From the NCBI GenBank assembly GCA_963668025.2, contig CAXXTH010000018.1, forward strand, positions 64,001 to 128,000: a DNA stretch of 64,000 nucleotides, given 5' to 3'. Positions 29,801 through 40,409 of the stretch are shown in pieces. The notes under the pieces were generated by a model. It had not been told where the DNA came from. It worked only from the letters and a program-made list of their open reading frames with translations, and did no database searches. Position 1 is the first letter of the stretch. Each line of letters starts with the position of its first letter. The position numbers were made by a program, and so were the translations under genes. Source of the DNA: Candidatus Hydrogenedentota bacterium. Its GTDB lineage: Bacteria; Hydrogenedentota; Hydrogenedentia; Hydrogenedentales; SLHB01.

Positions 29801-31195
29801 ATGAGATTTCCTTATTCCATTTGGAGCATGTGTCTATTGATTTCCGTAGCGGCGGCCGCACAGGAGCAGCCAAACGAAATGAAAGTTATTACTACCACCA
29901 TAGATGCTGGTAAGACTGCCGGAAACATCAAACCGCTGAACGATATGTGTTGCGGGCCCGTGTGCCTGCGCGGATATCATGATTTTACTTCTTATTATAA
30001 GGAGTTGGGCGTTCAATATGTCCGCCTGCACGATATTCCGTACACATTTGACGCCGTGCAAGACATCAACTATGTTTTCCCCAACATGGAAGCAGATCCT
30101 GAACGTGAAGAGAGTTATAACTTCGGACAGACGGATTTCTACATTAATACCATCACGTCCGAAGGCATGAAGGTTATTTATCGGTTGGGCTATAGCATCG
30201 AATTTGAAAAAACGCCATTGGTGCATAATGTTCCGCCCGCCTCGTTCGACAAATGGGCGTCCATCTGCGCCCATGTGGTGCGCCATTACAATCAAGGATG
30301 GGCTAATGGCAAAGAATTGGGGATCACCTATTGGGAAGTCTGGAATGAACCTGACAGCCCAGGATTCTGGGCAGGTTCCCCAGAATCGTTCTATCAGCTT
30401 TATGAGGCGACGGCCAAGGCGGTTAAAGCAGTGGATCCGGCGCTGAAAGTGGGCGGGCCCGCCCTGGCGGCGCTCAAAATGGATTTTCTGGAAGGGCTGC
30501 TCAAATACTGCCAGGAACATCAAACGCCGCTGGATTTCGTGAGCTGGCATCATTACGCCTGGGACGCCGAGGATGTCGCCGCGCGGGCTGCACAAGTCCG
30601 TACGCTCATGGATAAATATGGCTTCACCAAAGCGGAGAGCATTCTTGACGAATGGAATTTTATCCCCGCCAATTATGCTGAGCTGGACAGGCAAGGCCTG
30701 TTCACCCAGCAAGCCGGCATGCCTGGAACCGCATTCGACGCCGCAGTGCTCATCCGGCTTCAAGATGCGCCCGTGGATATCGCCAATTTCTATACGGGAA
30801 CATGCCTCGTATATGGCCTTTTCAATATCTATGGCACGCCCCACAAGGCCTATTACTCGTTTCTGGCGTTTCGCCGCATGCTCGATTGCCCGAAGCGCCT
30901 GGCTATCGATAATCCAAACCAAGAGGGGGTCTATGTGCTGGCCGGGCTTTCCGAGGACAAGACCATGGTGCGCGTGTTAGCCAGCAACACGTCCCCAGCA
31001 GCACGCACCATCCAGTTTTCGCTCAAGAACCTGCCATGGGCGGACAGCTCAAGCTGTGAGAAGCAAGTAATAACCACGGACCACAACCTCGAAAACATAT
31101 CGAATCGGGAAATCCCGGGTGCGGATGTCGCATTCACGGAAGAAATCGCCCCGCTTTCGGTTTGCTTGCTCACGGTGCGGCCTACGGCAAAATAA
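29801..31195 (+). CDS. Secreted glycoside hydrolase, GH39 family (paralog of 26115-27545)
   Basis: Signal peptide; VRLHD, YRLGYS, WEVWNEPD, VGGPA, PLDFVSWH, DEWN. Confidence 0.85.
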   Translation: MRFPYSIWSMCLLISVAAAAQEQPNEMKVITTTIDAGKTAGNIKPLNDMCCGPVCLRGYHDFTSYYKELGVQYVRLHDIPYTFDAVQDINYVFPNMEADPEREESYNFGQTDFYINTITSEGMKVIYRLGYSIEFEKTPLVHNVPPASFDKWASICAHVVRHYNQGWANGKELGITYWEVWNEPDSPGFWAGSPESFYQLYEATAKAVKAVDPALKVGGPALAALKMDFLEGLLKYCQEHQTPLDFVSWHHYAWDAEDVAARAAQVRTLMDKYGFTKAESILDEWNFIPANYAELDRQGLFTQQAGMPGTAFDAAVLIRLQDAPVDIANFYTGTCLVYGLFNIYGTPHKAYYSFLAFRRMLDCPKRLAIDNPNQEGVYVLAGLSEDKTMVRVLASNTSPAARTIQFSLKNLPWADSSSCEKQVITTDHNLENISNREIPGADVAFTEEIAPLSVCLLTVRPTAK

Positions 31196-31226
31196 AGCCA
31201 TATTGGGCTCAGTAATTAGAACGTCC

Positions 31227-31260
31227 GCCGCCTAGATGGATAGCCTTCCATCTAGGCGGC
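31227..31260 (+). terminator. Strong hairpin after GH39 (terminator or REP)
   Basis: GCCGCCTAGATGGA-TAGCCT-TCCATCTAGGCGGC 14-bp stem; weak U tract. Confidence 0.55.
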
Positions 31261-31392
31261 TGTCGTTATGGCTATGACCATTCTCCCCAGCGGAAACAAA
31301 CGGAAGGCCTTCCGTGTTACATGTAAATGACTCGCATCGAACGGATGCGAAATCACAGAAAATGAGGCCTAACGAAAGAGGAGAGTAGTACA

Positions 31393-32004
31393 ATGGCTTA
31401 TGAACTACCCAAGCTGCCGTATAGCTATGACGCGCTGGAGCCCTATATTGACGCTCGCACGATGGAGATCCATCACTCGAAGCACCACCAAGCATATGTA
31501 AACAATGCGAACAAGGCCCTTGAAGGCACGGAATTCGCCAGCAAGCCCATCGAGCAAGTCTTGCGTGAAATTGCTGCTGTCCCAGAAAATATCCGGCAAG
31601 CCGTCATCAATCATGGCGGCGGAACGGCCAATCACAATCTGTACTGGGAGATCATGGGCCCCGGCAAGGGCGGCGAACCTAAAGGTGATCTGGCGGCGGC
31701 CATCAAGTCCGCATTCGGCGCTTTTAATGGATTCAAAGACGCCCTTAATAAAGCCGCCACGGGCCAGTTCGGCAGCGGATGGGCATGGCTGGGCGTCTTG
31801 CCGGATGGCAAACTCGGCGTATGCAGTACATCGAACCAGAACTCGCCATTGTCGAACGGGGCCACGCCGATTCTTTGCCTGGATGTCTGGGAGCATGCGT
31901 ATTACCTGAAATATCAAAACCGGCGTCCCGACTACATAGAGGCTTGGTGGAACGTGGTGAATTGGGACCGTGTAGCGGATCTGTTCGCCGCCGCAAAAAA
32001 GTAA
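31393..32004 (+). CDS. sodA: Superoxide dismutase, Mn-type
   Basis: [30 protein letters not shown]. Confidence 0.93.
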   Translation: MAYELPKLPYSYDALEPYIDARTMEIHHSKHHQAYVNNANKALEGTEFASKPIEQVLREIAAVPENIRQAVINHGGGTANHNLYWEIMGPGKGGEPKGDLAAAIKSAFGAFNGFKDALNKAATGQFGSGWAWLGVLPDGKLGVCSTSNQNSPLSNGATPILCLDVWEHAYYLKYQNRRPDYIEAWWNVVNWDRVADLFAAAKK

Positions 32005-32024
32005 TAAACCGCTGCACCAGCAAT

Positions 32025-32060
32025 AAGGCCTCCGGACGCTGCCGCATCCGGAGGCCTTTT
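32025..32060 (+). terminator. Terminator between convergent sodA and GH78 genes
   Basis: AAGGCCTCCGGA...TCCGGAGGCCTTTT. Confidence 0.8.
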
Positions 32061-32070
32061 GATTCTGGTT

Positions 32071-35000
32071 CTATATCTTGTCGCCGTTGAACACTACTTC
32101 CAAACCTTGCAGGGCGTCGTTGGACTCAAAACGGAGAGCCACTCCCTCCGGCGCATTCGCATCGATCACCAACTGTTCGCCATCAATCCGCCAGGATACG
32201 GATACCGGACCCCGGACGGACGCGGTCACGCCGCGCGCCCAGCGCAAGCCATTCGGGCGCGGGCTAATGACGTACGCCGCGCCGCCTGGCTCCGCTTGGC
32301 GGATGCCAAGCACAATGCGGTTGAGGAAATGTATAGGAGCAGCCGACCAGGCGTGTGTGTGGCTACGCGTGGGGAAGCCGCCGCTTCCGGTCGTGCCCGT
32401 GCTGAAGCTTTCCCATACTGTCGTGGCGTCATGATCCAGCATGGGCTGGTAGCTGTCCCGCACCATTTGAATGATCTGATCCGGCTTGCCTGATTTTTCA
32501 AGCGCCTCGAATAGATACATCATGGCGAATGGCGAACCGACTTTAAGCATGCCTTCCGGCGGTTCGAGCGTGTTTTGCAGCGCTTTTTCCCGGCGTGCGC
32601 CCTCCACGATATCGTAGAGAACAGCAAGAAAACTGGTGTGCTGGCAGATGCTTGGGCTGATGGAACCATCATCACGAACGGCGTCTGGGAACGCCCCTTT
32701 CGATTCATCCCACAACGCGTTAATGGCGCTCACCAATTCATCCCGGCGCGCGCGATAGGGCGCGATGGAGTCCTCTTCCCCCAGCACCTCGGCGCATTGG
32801 ATTGCGGCATTGATCGCTCCCACGAGGAACATGCTATTGTGCAGCACGGTGCGCTGCTCGTCATCCACCTTCACCCAATCGAACATGTTCCACGCGGACA
32901 CACTGAAAAGGCCCCGTTCATCCTTGAACGTGTCCGCGCCATCTAGATTCTTCAGCACCCACGGCCACACCGCGCGCAGGAATTCCTTATCGCCGGTATA
33001 ATAGTAATAATCCCATACGGAAATGCCCCATAAAAAACTCCAAGCGGGCAGCAGGACGCCCCAAGACGAGGGCACCTGGCACAGGACGATGGGATAGTCT
33101 TCCAACGATTCGCCAGTAAGGCGAATACAGCGTGCGGCCAGATCCTCCGCGCCAAATGCGGTGTAGGCGAATAGGGATTCATTGCGCGCATCGCCCACCC
33201 AGAGGGTTTGCTCGTAGAGCGGGCAATCCGTGAACGTATCTTCCATGCACAATTTCAGTGTCCGCGCCGAAATATCCCATATGCGGCCCAGCGACGGATC
33301 GCTGCACGAGAACGAGCCCACGTGTTCGACCGGATACGTGGATTCAATGAGTTGGAATTGCCGGATACGCACCGGGGCTTTCTGGTTGCGCAAGGTAATA
33401 TAGACAAAGCGCTGTGAGCGGCGCTTGAGCGAAATGAAGTGATTCACCCCTTTTTTCGTGGTGTACCGCATCGAATTGCGATACGGCGTAGTATGCTGTA
33501 AACGTCCGTCTTCGGAGATGTATTCGATTCCAGCCACATCCACGATGACGCCCGCATCGGCGATTAAGTCGAACGTATAATAACCGCAATTTTGTTCGCC
33601 CAAGTCATAGGCCAATTCAATATCGCCTTCGGAACTCGGCTCGATGGACGTATAATCGCTGTTGTCATAAAGAAGCCCCACGGGATTCTTCACATTAGCC
33701 GCCGCATCGGCGATTACCTCTCGTTCAACGAATTGCTCGTGGGCCTCTTCGGACAAAACGCCTTCCGCAGGCAAAGTTTCCACCTGCGCGCCAAGCCGTT
33801 CACGGAAAGAATCGATATCCTTTACTGCGTCACGCACGCTCGTTAGTTCAGCACTAATCGCGTCACGCAACGCTTTCTGCTCTTCCTCGGGCAACTGGGC
33901 AAACCGATAATCTTCTTCTACATAATCCGAGCCTTTCAACCGGGCCAGGCACCATGCTCCTGCCTGGCTGGCGTCAAGCGGATTGCGCAAAGTGAACCCC
34001 TCTTTGTCGAGGAAGCGTATCCATACATCCTTCGTCCAATGGCTGAAAGAATGGGTCACGAGCGCAAGCAGGATGTTTTCACCTTTATGAAGCGGATAAA
34101 CACCATCCGTACCAGCCCGGCCATTCACAAAAACAGATACGCCTCTGCAAGGTTTAATTGCGATAGTGCGGTCTTCTTCCGCCCAAATGCATGTAGCAAT
34201 CGCGCAAGCCGTCGAGACCTTCGCATTGGCCTCAATCAATCCAGGATGAAGAAGCCTGCAAACGGGAAAACCAAAGCACATCCAATCGCTTTTTACCACG
34301 GAAGCCCCGAGAAAGCGCTTAAACGCCACGGGAGTGCGTGTCAAAGGCGGGCAATCGCGAGGTGTCAAATCACGCCATGGCCCTTCCTGGGCCTTGTATA
34401 ACACGGCCGCCTTAGTGAACACTCCCGCGTTTTCATGGCGGGCGTCATATTGTTCATATGGCTCCATTTGCACACTAATTTTCGGCGTGTTGAATACAAG
34501 CTCACGGAAGGTCCGCACTTCCCAGCATGCATCAGTGGCGATACTTGTGCTCGAGCCATCTTGCCCCTCCACATTAAGCTGCGCTAAAAGGCCCGCTTGC
34601 AGTGGTTTCTGGTGGAAGGTGCCCACACCGAAATAACGGGCGATAACCTCGATTTTATTCTGCCCTTCATGTAAATAGGACGCCACATCGAGCATGTCAT
34701 ATTGATAATGGGAAGGCCAGCTTCGGCAAGGGCCATCGGCCACCCATACGCCATTGATATACAGGCGGTACCAGCTATCCGCCGTGATGGCAAGCTGCGC
34801 GGTTTGCACCGATTCCAAATAAAACTGGCGACGCGCTAACATAGCGTCATTATATCGGTTATAATTGTCCTGCTGGATCCAAATCCAATTGGCGTCCGTA
34901 ATTCGCACGTTTTTTTCAAATGAATCGTGAGTAATCATGGTAAATGTATCCTGTTGAGTCAGAGTTTCGCCGCAGGCTATTAATGAAGCGCTCCAGATCG

Positions 35001-35091
35001 CCGCAAGAATGCCATATCTACGATGGAAGGTTGTGAGATGAAGATGGGCAAACAGGTTTCTGTGCATATGTTGTAAGGCGTTCCATTTCAT
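32071..35091 (-). CDS. Alpha-L-rhamnosidase, GH78 family (start uncertain, possibly near 34938)
   Basis: ITADSWYRLYING, DLGE, TDCPLYEQTLWVGD, ATTVWE, SHTHAWSAAP. Confidence 0.88.
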   Translation of the reverse strand: MKWNALQHMHRNLFAHLHLTTFHRRYGILAAIWSASLIACGETLTQQDTFTMITHDSFEKNVRITDANWIWIQQDNYNRYNDAMLARRQFYLESVQTAQLAITADSWYRLYINGVWVADGPCRSWPSHYQYDMLDVASYLHEGQNKIEVIARYFGVGTFHQKPLQAGLLAQLNVEGQDGSSTSIATDACWEVRTFRELVFNTPKISVQMEPYEQYDARHENAGVFTKAAVLYKAQEGPWRDLTPRDCPPLTRTPVAFKRFLGASVVKSDWMCFGFPVCRLLHPGLIEANAKVSTACAIATCIWAEEDRTIAIKPCRGVSVFVNGRAGTDGVYPLHKGENILLALVTHSFSHWTKDVWIRFLDKEGFTLRNPLDASQAGAWCLARLKGSDYVEEDYRFAQLPEEEQKALRDAISAELTSVRDAVKDIDSFRERLGAQVETLPAEGVLSEEAHEQFVEREVIADAAANVKNPVGLLYDNSDYTSIEPSSEGDIELAYDLGEQNCGYYTFDLIADAGVIVDVAGIEYISEDGRLQHTTPYRNSMRYTTKKGVNHFISLKRRSQRFVYITLRNQKAPVRIRQFQLIESTYPVEHVGSFSCSDPSLGRIWDISARTLKLCMEDTFTDCPLYEQTLWVGDARNESLFAYTAFGAEDLAARCIRLTGESLEDYPIVLCQVPSSWGVLLPAWSFLWGISVWDYYYYTGDKEFLRAVWPWVLKNLDGADTFKDERGLFSVSAWNMFDWVKVDDEQRTVLHNSMFLVGAINAAIQCAEVLGEEDSIAPYRARRDELVSAINALWDESKGAFPDAVRDDGSISPSICQHTSFLAVLYDIVEGARREKALQNTLEPPEGMLKVGSPFAMMYLFEALEKSGKPDQIIQMVRDSYQPMLDHDATTVWESFSTGTTGSGGFPTRSHTHAWSAAPIHFLNRIVLGIRQAEPGGAAYVISPRPNGLRWARGVTASVRGPVSVSWRIDGEQLVIDANAPEGVALRFESNDALQGLEVVFNGDKI

Positions 35092-35347
35092 CGAGTACTT
35101 CCTTTACCGATATGGCGCAACAAAAACAGCTTTGACGGTACAGTACGCGAACAATAAAAGCAAATGGAAACACCATATAGATTCCATCTTTTCACAGGTT
35201 TCTTGGCTATACTAGGAATTATGGACGCTCCGGATGCGGCTTGAATCCCAAGATGCAGCCATGCACAATAACCCCGTTTTTCACTGCTGGGACGGCAGGA
35301 AAACAATAGCGAAACGTATGAACGCCTAATCCGGCAGGGAGAAACGA

Positions 35348-35959
35348 ATGAGCAGTGAGATCAAAAGTACAAATATCACATGGCACCACAGCGACATCAC
35401 CCGCGATGACCGTGAACGCCAGAACGGCCACAAGGCGGTTGTCCTTTGGTTCACAGGGCTTTCGGCATCGGGAAAATCCACCTTGGCCCACGCGGTGGAA
35501 AACGCCCTTTTCGAGCGCGGATGCCGCACCTATGTTCTCGATGGCGACAATATTCGCCATGGCCTGAACAAGAATTTGGGCTTTTCGCCAGAAGACCGTG
35601 AAGAGAATATCCGCCGCATCGGCGAAGTAGCGAAATTGTTCAATGATGCGGGCGTCATCGCCCTTACGGCTTTCATTTCCCCCTACCGGAGCGACCGCGA
35701 CAAAGCGCGGGCCGTGGCGGGAGAAGGCAATTTTATTGAAATATATGTAAAATGCGATATCCTAGTATGTGAAGAACGCGATCCGAAGGGCTTATATAAA
35801 AAAGCGCGCGCAGGGCAAATCCCGGAATTCACGGGCGTCTCGGCTCCGTATGAAGAACCTCTCACCCCAGAACTTATAGTAGACACCGGTGTAGAGAGCC
35901 TCGAAGAATCCACAGAAAAAGTGTTAAATCTGCTCCGCGAGCGCGGGATTGTTTCGTAA
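35348..35959 (+). CDS. cysC: Adenylyl-sulfate kinase
   Basis: [44 protein letters not shown]. Confidence 0.95.
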   Translation: MSSEIKSTNITWHHSDITRDDRERQNGHKAVVLWFTGLSASGKSTLAHAVENALFERGCRTYVLDGDNIRHGLNKNLGFSPEDREENIRRIGEVAKLFNDAGVIALTAFISPYRSDRDKARAVAGEGNFIEIYVKCDILVCEERDPKGLYKKARAGQIPEFTGVSAPYEEPLTPELIVDTGVESLEESTEKVLNLLRERGIVS

Positions 35960-36065
35960 CGCCATCAATAATAAATACGCTAAACCATGTATTTAGCTGG
36001 GAAAACCACAAGATATTGCGGAGTGGTAGCCCATGTGCTACAATTAATCGTAAGATGAGAGGGGT

Positions 36066-38828
36066 ATGGAGATGCGCTTCGGCAAACGAAGCAAAAACTC
36101 ACTTTTCTGGGGGAAACAGTCGAAGTCTGCTTCTGATGATGCTGAATTTTCGCCTGTAGCTTCAGAAGAGAGAAGCGCTCTGCTTAACGGCGAGGAGAAA
36201 CCGGCTGCCATGCATGAGGAGCCTGTTCCAGCGGACTCAGGCCTCGGTGATCCTACCCAGCGGCTCTTGACGGCTCTCGGGCGTTTTCAACGGCATAAAG
36301 CCCGCGCCCAAGACGGCTTGCCACAGGAAGCATGGTCTGATGAATGCATGAAGCAGCTCATCAACGCGGTCGAAATCGCCATGACCCAAGGCTGGACGGA
36401 TGTCGTAAACACCCTTACGGACACGGCCCGGATCTTGCAGAGCTATGAGGATGTGGGTAAAGCCAGCCAATGCGTGCCGTTCTTAGGCGATAGCTATGAT
36501 ATTTTATGCTGGATGATCGGCGATCTCATCGTAGGCCAAGTACGCCCAGGCGCTATCGAGAAATGGCGGCAACGGTATGAACGGGCTATCGAAGAATTGC
36601 GCATGGCGGGCATTCCCCTCGTCCAGGATGAAGACGAAGAAGAGGCTCCAGAAAACCCTGCGCCTGCGGATGTCCAGACGCAGCAGACCGTCACGGAGAT
36701 TCCAATAACGCCGCCAGCCCCTCTCCTGGAACCACGTATTGAAAAGGAAGCGTTCAGCCACACGGGAACGCCTACAATATGGGAGAATGGCGAGCCGGTC
36801 GAAATGGATGAAGGCGATATCGAGGAGGAAGCATACAGCCTGCTGCTCGATGTGCCTTCGGAAGAACCTGAAGAAATAGTAGAGCCTGAAGAATTTCCAG
36901 AAACACTCCTGAAGGCCCCTGCCTTCCACGATATCGCTGAAACGGTGCAGCCAGAGCCTTCTCCACCGGTGGAAACCGAAGAGGAGGCCATTCCAGCCGA
37001 ACCTGAAGAAGCGGAAGCGAGCCTCTTTGATCAGCCTTATGCTGGTGAAACCGGTGCATTGGAGGAGCTGGAGACGCACGTTCCCGCCGCGTTCGAGCCA
37101 GAAACGCCCGCCGAGGAAACGTACGATGAACTTCCCACGGCGCTCGAGCCGGTTGAGGAATACGAGGAGATTGAAGAGCAGAAAGAAGAACAAGAAACGG
37201 GCGTCACTTTGGAAACAGCAGGATATGACGAGCTTGATCTTGCCGTCGAGGAAATCATACAAGGTTTAGGCCACTCGGCGCTTGGATTGTTGGATGAGCC
37301 GGAAGAAATCGCCCCAGAGCAGCCGCTTGCCTCCGATGAGCCTCCTGTCGAAACCCCCTTGTTCAAAGAATTCGCCAAAACAGACGCCCTGTCCGATGCT
37401 GAAGACTCTGAACAGGTGGAGAAAGAAGAAGAAAGCGTCTATGCCTCCAGCGTCACGGGCCGGCATGACCTGCCCCAGGAGGTGCGCGCCGCGCTAGATA
37501 ACTTATGCGATAGCATATCCCGGCTATCCGCTGATGAATATGGCGATGTGCGCGTGGCCGTGGACGAGATTGGCTCCGTGCTTGTCACGCTCGAACAATT
37601 CGCCAAAGAGCATGGCCGGGAAGGAGCCGTGCTGCCTTGCCTTGCCATGGGCCGTTTGGTCAGGCTCATCGGCGAACGTCAAGCCGTTCCCGACGAACGC
37701 TTTTTCGAACTATCCTATGCTTTTTGCAGCCTCTTTGGGGAGGCGGGCTCCACCTCGAACGACCCATCCGTTCAGCGATGGCTGGCGGAATGCGATGATC
37801 TACTGGTGAGCTGGGCGTTATCATCCCAGCGCAATCGCGGCCGGATTCCAGCCGAAACGAAAGAACCTCTCCGCCACGTAGTGGAAACGCCTTACAAACC
37901 TTCCAGCATGGCGAAACCACCATCGGAGGCATTAAGCCATTTGGAGCCTTTAGCGCCTTTGGCTGAAGAGAAACCTGTTTCCGCCGAACCGAAACCGGCA
38001 GAGGCTCCCGCACCGGAAGAACCTCAAGCCGAAGCCGCCGTGAGTTCCACGGAGCCCGCTATTTCCGATATCCACAGCGGCGCAAGCGGCGTAGCGCCAC
38101 GTATCATCGCCAGCCGGGAACCACGGACGCGCATGAGCGCTTCGACGACATACACCACACAAAACCTGCTCGAAACGGCACAGAAAGCCATCCAGCAAGG
38201 CAATACGACGAACGCAAAGCTTCTTGCCATGCAGGCGGCGGCGCAGATCGCGCTGGCCCAGGCCAAAGAGGCCGAAGGCATCGTCCAGCAAGCGGAACAA
38301 CGGCTAAAAGAGGGGGTCGAGAAAAGCGAACAGGCTACATTGCATGTACACCGCATTGAACAACAGGTAGCCGAATCAGAATCCGCGGTGGCGGAAGCCG
38401 AAACCGGCCTCATCCGCTCGATTGCCACCGCCAAAGAGGGCATGGCGGAACTCGAACACGTAGACGCCCTCATCAAAGAAATCGACAATCAGATACGAAG
38501 CCTTGAAGCCCAGCGCGAAGATGCGCTCCTGCGCAAGAAAAATACATCGGCCGCGCTTGGCCAGATGCAAGCCGCGGAAGCCCGCGCCAAACAAGAACTC
38601 GAACGGTATAAAAGCAGTGAAATGCAGGCGCGCGTCGCCCTCGAGGATGCGCGGCAAAACGCGACCGCCCTTGCGCGCAAACGGGCCGAAAACGCCGCCA
38701 CCATGGAAAAAGCCCGTGAATACCTCCTGCGCCAGCGCGACTCTTTAGCGGATATTGAAGAGACAATCGCCCAGATCTGCGCCAGCGAAGCGGCCAATGA
38801 AGAAAACCAAGGAAACCTCTTGTTTTAA
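36066..38828 (+). CDS. Hypothetical protein: helical domains, long Glu/Pro-rich linker and C-terminal coiled coil
   Basis: 920-aa ORF with GAGGGG RBS; strong Glu/Pro bias around aa 190-460; heptad-rich Ala/Glu/Gln region around aa 700-910. Confidence 0.8.
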   Translation: MEMRFGKRSKNSLFWGKQSKSASDDAEFSPVASEERSALLNGEEKPAAMHEEPVPADSGLGDPTQRLLTALGRFQRHKARAQDGLPQEAWSDECMKQLINAVEIAMTQGWTDVVNTLTDTARILQSYEDVGKASQCVPFLGDSYDILCWMIGDLIVGQVRPGAIEKWRQRYERAIEELRMAGIPLVQDEDEEEAPENPAPADVQTQQTVTEIPITPPAPLLEPRIEKEAFSHTGTPTIWENGEPVEMDEGDIEEEAYSLLLDVPSEEPEEIVEPEEFPETLLKAPAFHDIAETVQPEPSPPVETEEEAIPAEPEEAEASLFDQPYAGETGALEELETHVPAAFEPETPAEETYDELPTALEPVEEYEEIEEQKEEQETGVTLETAGYDELDLAVEEIIQGLGHSALGLLDEPEEIAPEQPLASDEPPVETPLFKEFAKTDALSDAEDSEQVEKEEESVYASSVTGRHDLPQEVRAALDNLCDSISRLSADEYGDVRVAVDEIGSVLVTLEQFAKEHGREGAVLPCLAMGRLVRLIGERQAVPDERFFELSYAFCSLFGEAGSTSNDPSVQRWLAECDDLLVSWALSSQRNRGRIPAETKEPLRHVVETPYKPSSMAKPPSEALSHLEPLAPLAEEKPVSAEPKPAEAPAPEEPQAEAAVSSTEPAISDIHSGASGVAPRIIASREPRTRMSASTTYTTQNLLETAQKAIQQGNTTNAKLLAMQAAAQIALAQAKEAEGIVQQAEQRLKEGVEKSEQATLHVHRIEQQVAESESAVAEAETGLIRSIATAKEGMAELEHVDALIKEIDNQIRSLEAQREDALLRKKNTSAALGQMQAAEARAKQELERYKSSEMQARVALEDARQNATALARKRAENAATMEKAREYLLRQRDSLADIEETIAQICASEAANEENQGNLLF

Positions 38829-38949
38829 ATGGGGATGAGATGCCTGTCACGGTAAGCGGCGAAATCCAGCGCATCGAACGTATAAATGCATACGGCTGTT
38901 TTGACGCCATAGGAACGATAGGCGCACATGAAATATAAAGGATGCCTCT

Positions 38950-40233
38950 TTGGGTAGGAAAGCCGTAAAGGCCGGGGTAGTGGATTTTGGTTCGCGGGAA
39001 ATTCGTGTATTAATCGCAAGCCAAAGCACGGACGGCGTTATTACGATTAATGGGCATGGAACAGCCCCAAGCCACGGTTGTGTCTCGCAAGGAGTCATCC
39101 AAGACCGCAACGCGGCGCAAGCCGCCTTCAAACGCGCATTGGATATGGCGGAAAAGGAAGCGCGCTGCCATGTGGGCTCTTTATTCTGCGGCATCAACGG
39201 GCGCAATGTGGATACGCTGATCCGGGAAGGCCGCGTCAAAATCCTGCGGGAAACCGTGGAACTCGAGCAGATGGCCGAAGCCCGTGATATCGCTTCCCGG
39301 GATGTGCTGGCTCCGGGCAAAACCCTCACTTCATCCATTACCGCACAAGAATGGTATGTGGATGACCTGCGCGTCATGAATCCCTTGGGTATTCGGGGTG
39401 AAATCTTAAAAACACGCATCCATTTCGCCCGAATCCCTGAAGCCATCGAAGAAAACATCGCTATCTGCATCGAATCACAGAAGCGCGAACTGGAAGACAT
39501 GATCTTCACTCCCCTCGCATCCGCGCTGGGATGCCTGACTCCGGAAGACATGGAATTGGGCGTGGCGGTCATTGACATGGGCCGCAGTACGACCGGACTC
39601 GCCGTATACCGTGATTTCCGTATCATGGGCACGGCTTCCTTCGAATGGGGCGGCTACCACCTTACCCGCGATGTGGCTGCGGGCCTGCAAATATCCTTTC
39701 GGGAAGCAGACGAGTTAATTCTTGAATATGGCATTTCCGATCATTTTATTCGCTCGGAATTCAAAGCCGACACGGAGCAGCCCGCCGGATTTATAAAAGA
39801 AGATACTCCGCGTATTAAGTTGAAAACAGCCGTTCCCGGCGCCCCAACTATCGTGGAACGGAGCGACCTTGACATGATCATTTACGAGCGGGCGAAAGAA
39901 CTCATGATTAAGGTGCGCCAGCACCTCCATGCGCGGGGATTGTCAAAAAACCTTGTTCGCGGAGTTGTCCTCACCGGAGGCGCCAGCGTCATCAAGAATT
40001 ATGTCGTCCTGGCTGAAGCCGTGTTTCAAGCCCCATCGCGCGTGGGATTTCCGAACACCATTGAAATAATGCCTAAGGCCGTGCAAACCCCCGAATTTTC
40101 CGCCGCCGTGGGCATTGTCCGGCACGCCTTTTATTACCGTTCCGCGGCCCGCAATGGACATATGGAACCTCAAGGCCGTGCTGTTTCCATGCTCAACCGG
40201 ATAGGACGTTTTATCAAACGCAATTTTTTATAG
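38950..40233 (+). CDS. ftsA: Cell division protein FtsA
   Basis: Actin-fold motifs DFGS, ELGVAVIDMG, GGYHLTRDVA, GVVLTGG; 1C domain VMNPLGIRG; C-terminal amphipathic helix. Confidence 0.88.
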   Translation: MGRKAVKAGVVDFGSREIRVLIASQSTDGVITINGHGTAPSHGCVSQGVIQDRNAAQAAFKRALDMAEKEARCHVGSLFCGINGRNVDTLIREGRVKILRETVELEQMAEARDIASRDVLAPGKTLTSSITAQEWYVDDLRVMNPLGIRGEILKTRIHFARIPEAIEENIAICIESQKRELEDMIFTPLASALGCLTPEDMELGVAVIDMGRSTTGLAVYRDFRIMGTASFEWGGYHLTRDVAAGLQISFREADELILEYGISDHFIRSEFKADTEQPAGFIKEDTPRIKLKTAVPGAPTIVERSDLDMIIYERAKELMIKVRQHLHARGLSKNLVRGVVLTGGASVIKNYVVLAEAVFQAPSRVGFPNTIEIMPKAVQTPEFSAAVGIVRHAFYYRSAARNGHMEPQGRAVSMLNRIGRFIKRNFL

Positions 40234-40409
40234 CGGCGCGGAAAAAGGCCGTTGATTCAAAAAGCCGCGCAGCCCATGAGCGAGCCACATGCCCATGCTG
40301 CCGCCTTTGGATTGTTCTCTGCGCCCAAATCAGGCACAATGTGTACAACTCCAATGTCCCCGGGGGGACAAGGGGAGGCAACGCAGCGGCCGTTTAAGGA
40401 GGATTCCAG

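Noticed and set aside
29834-30922. 362-aa antisense ORF
   Set aside because: Shadow of the GH39 gene with no recognisable motifs.
31393-32004. SodA GGGT instead of GGGH
   Set aside because: The substituted His is not a metal ligand; all four ligands are present.
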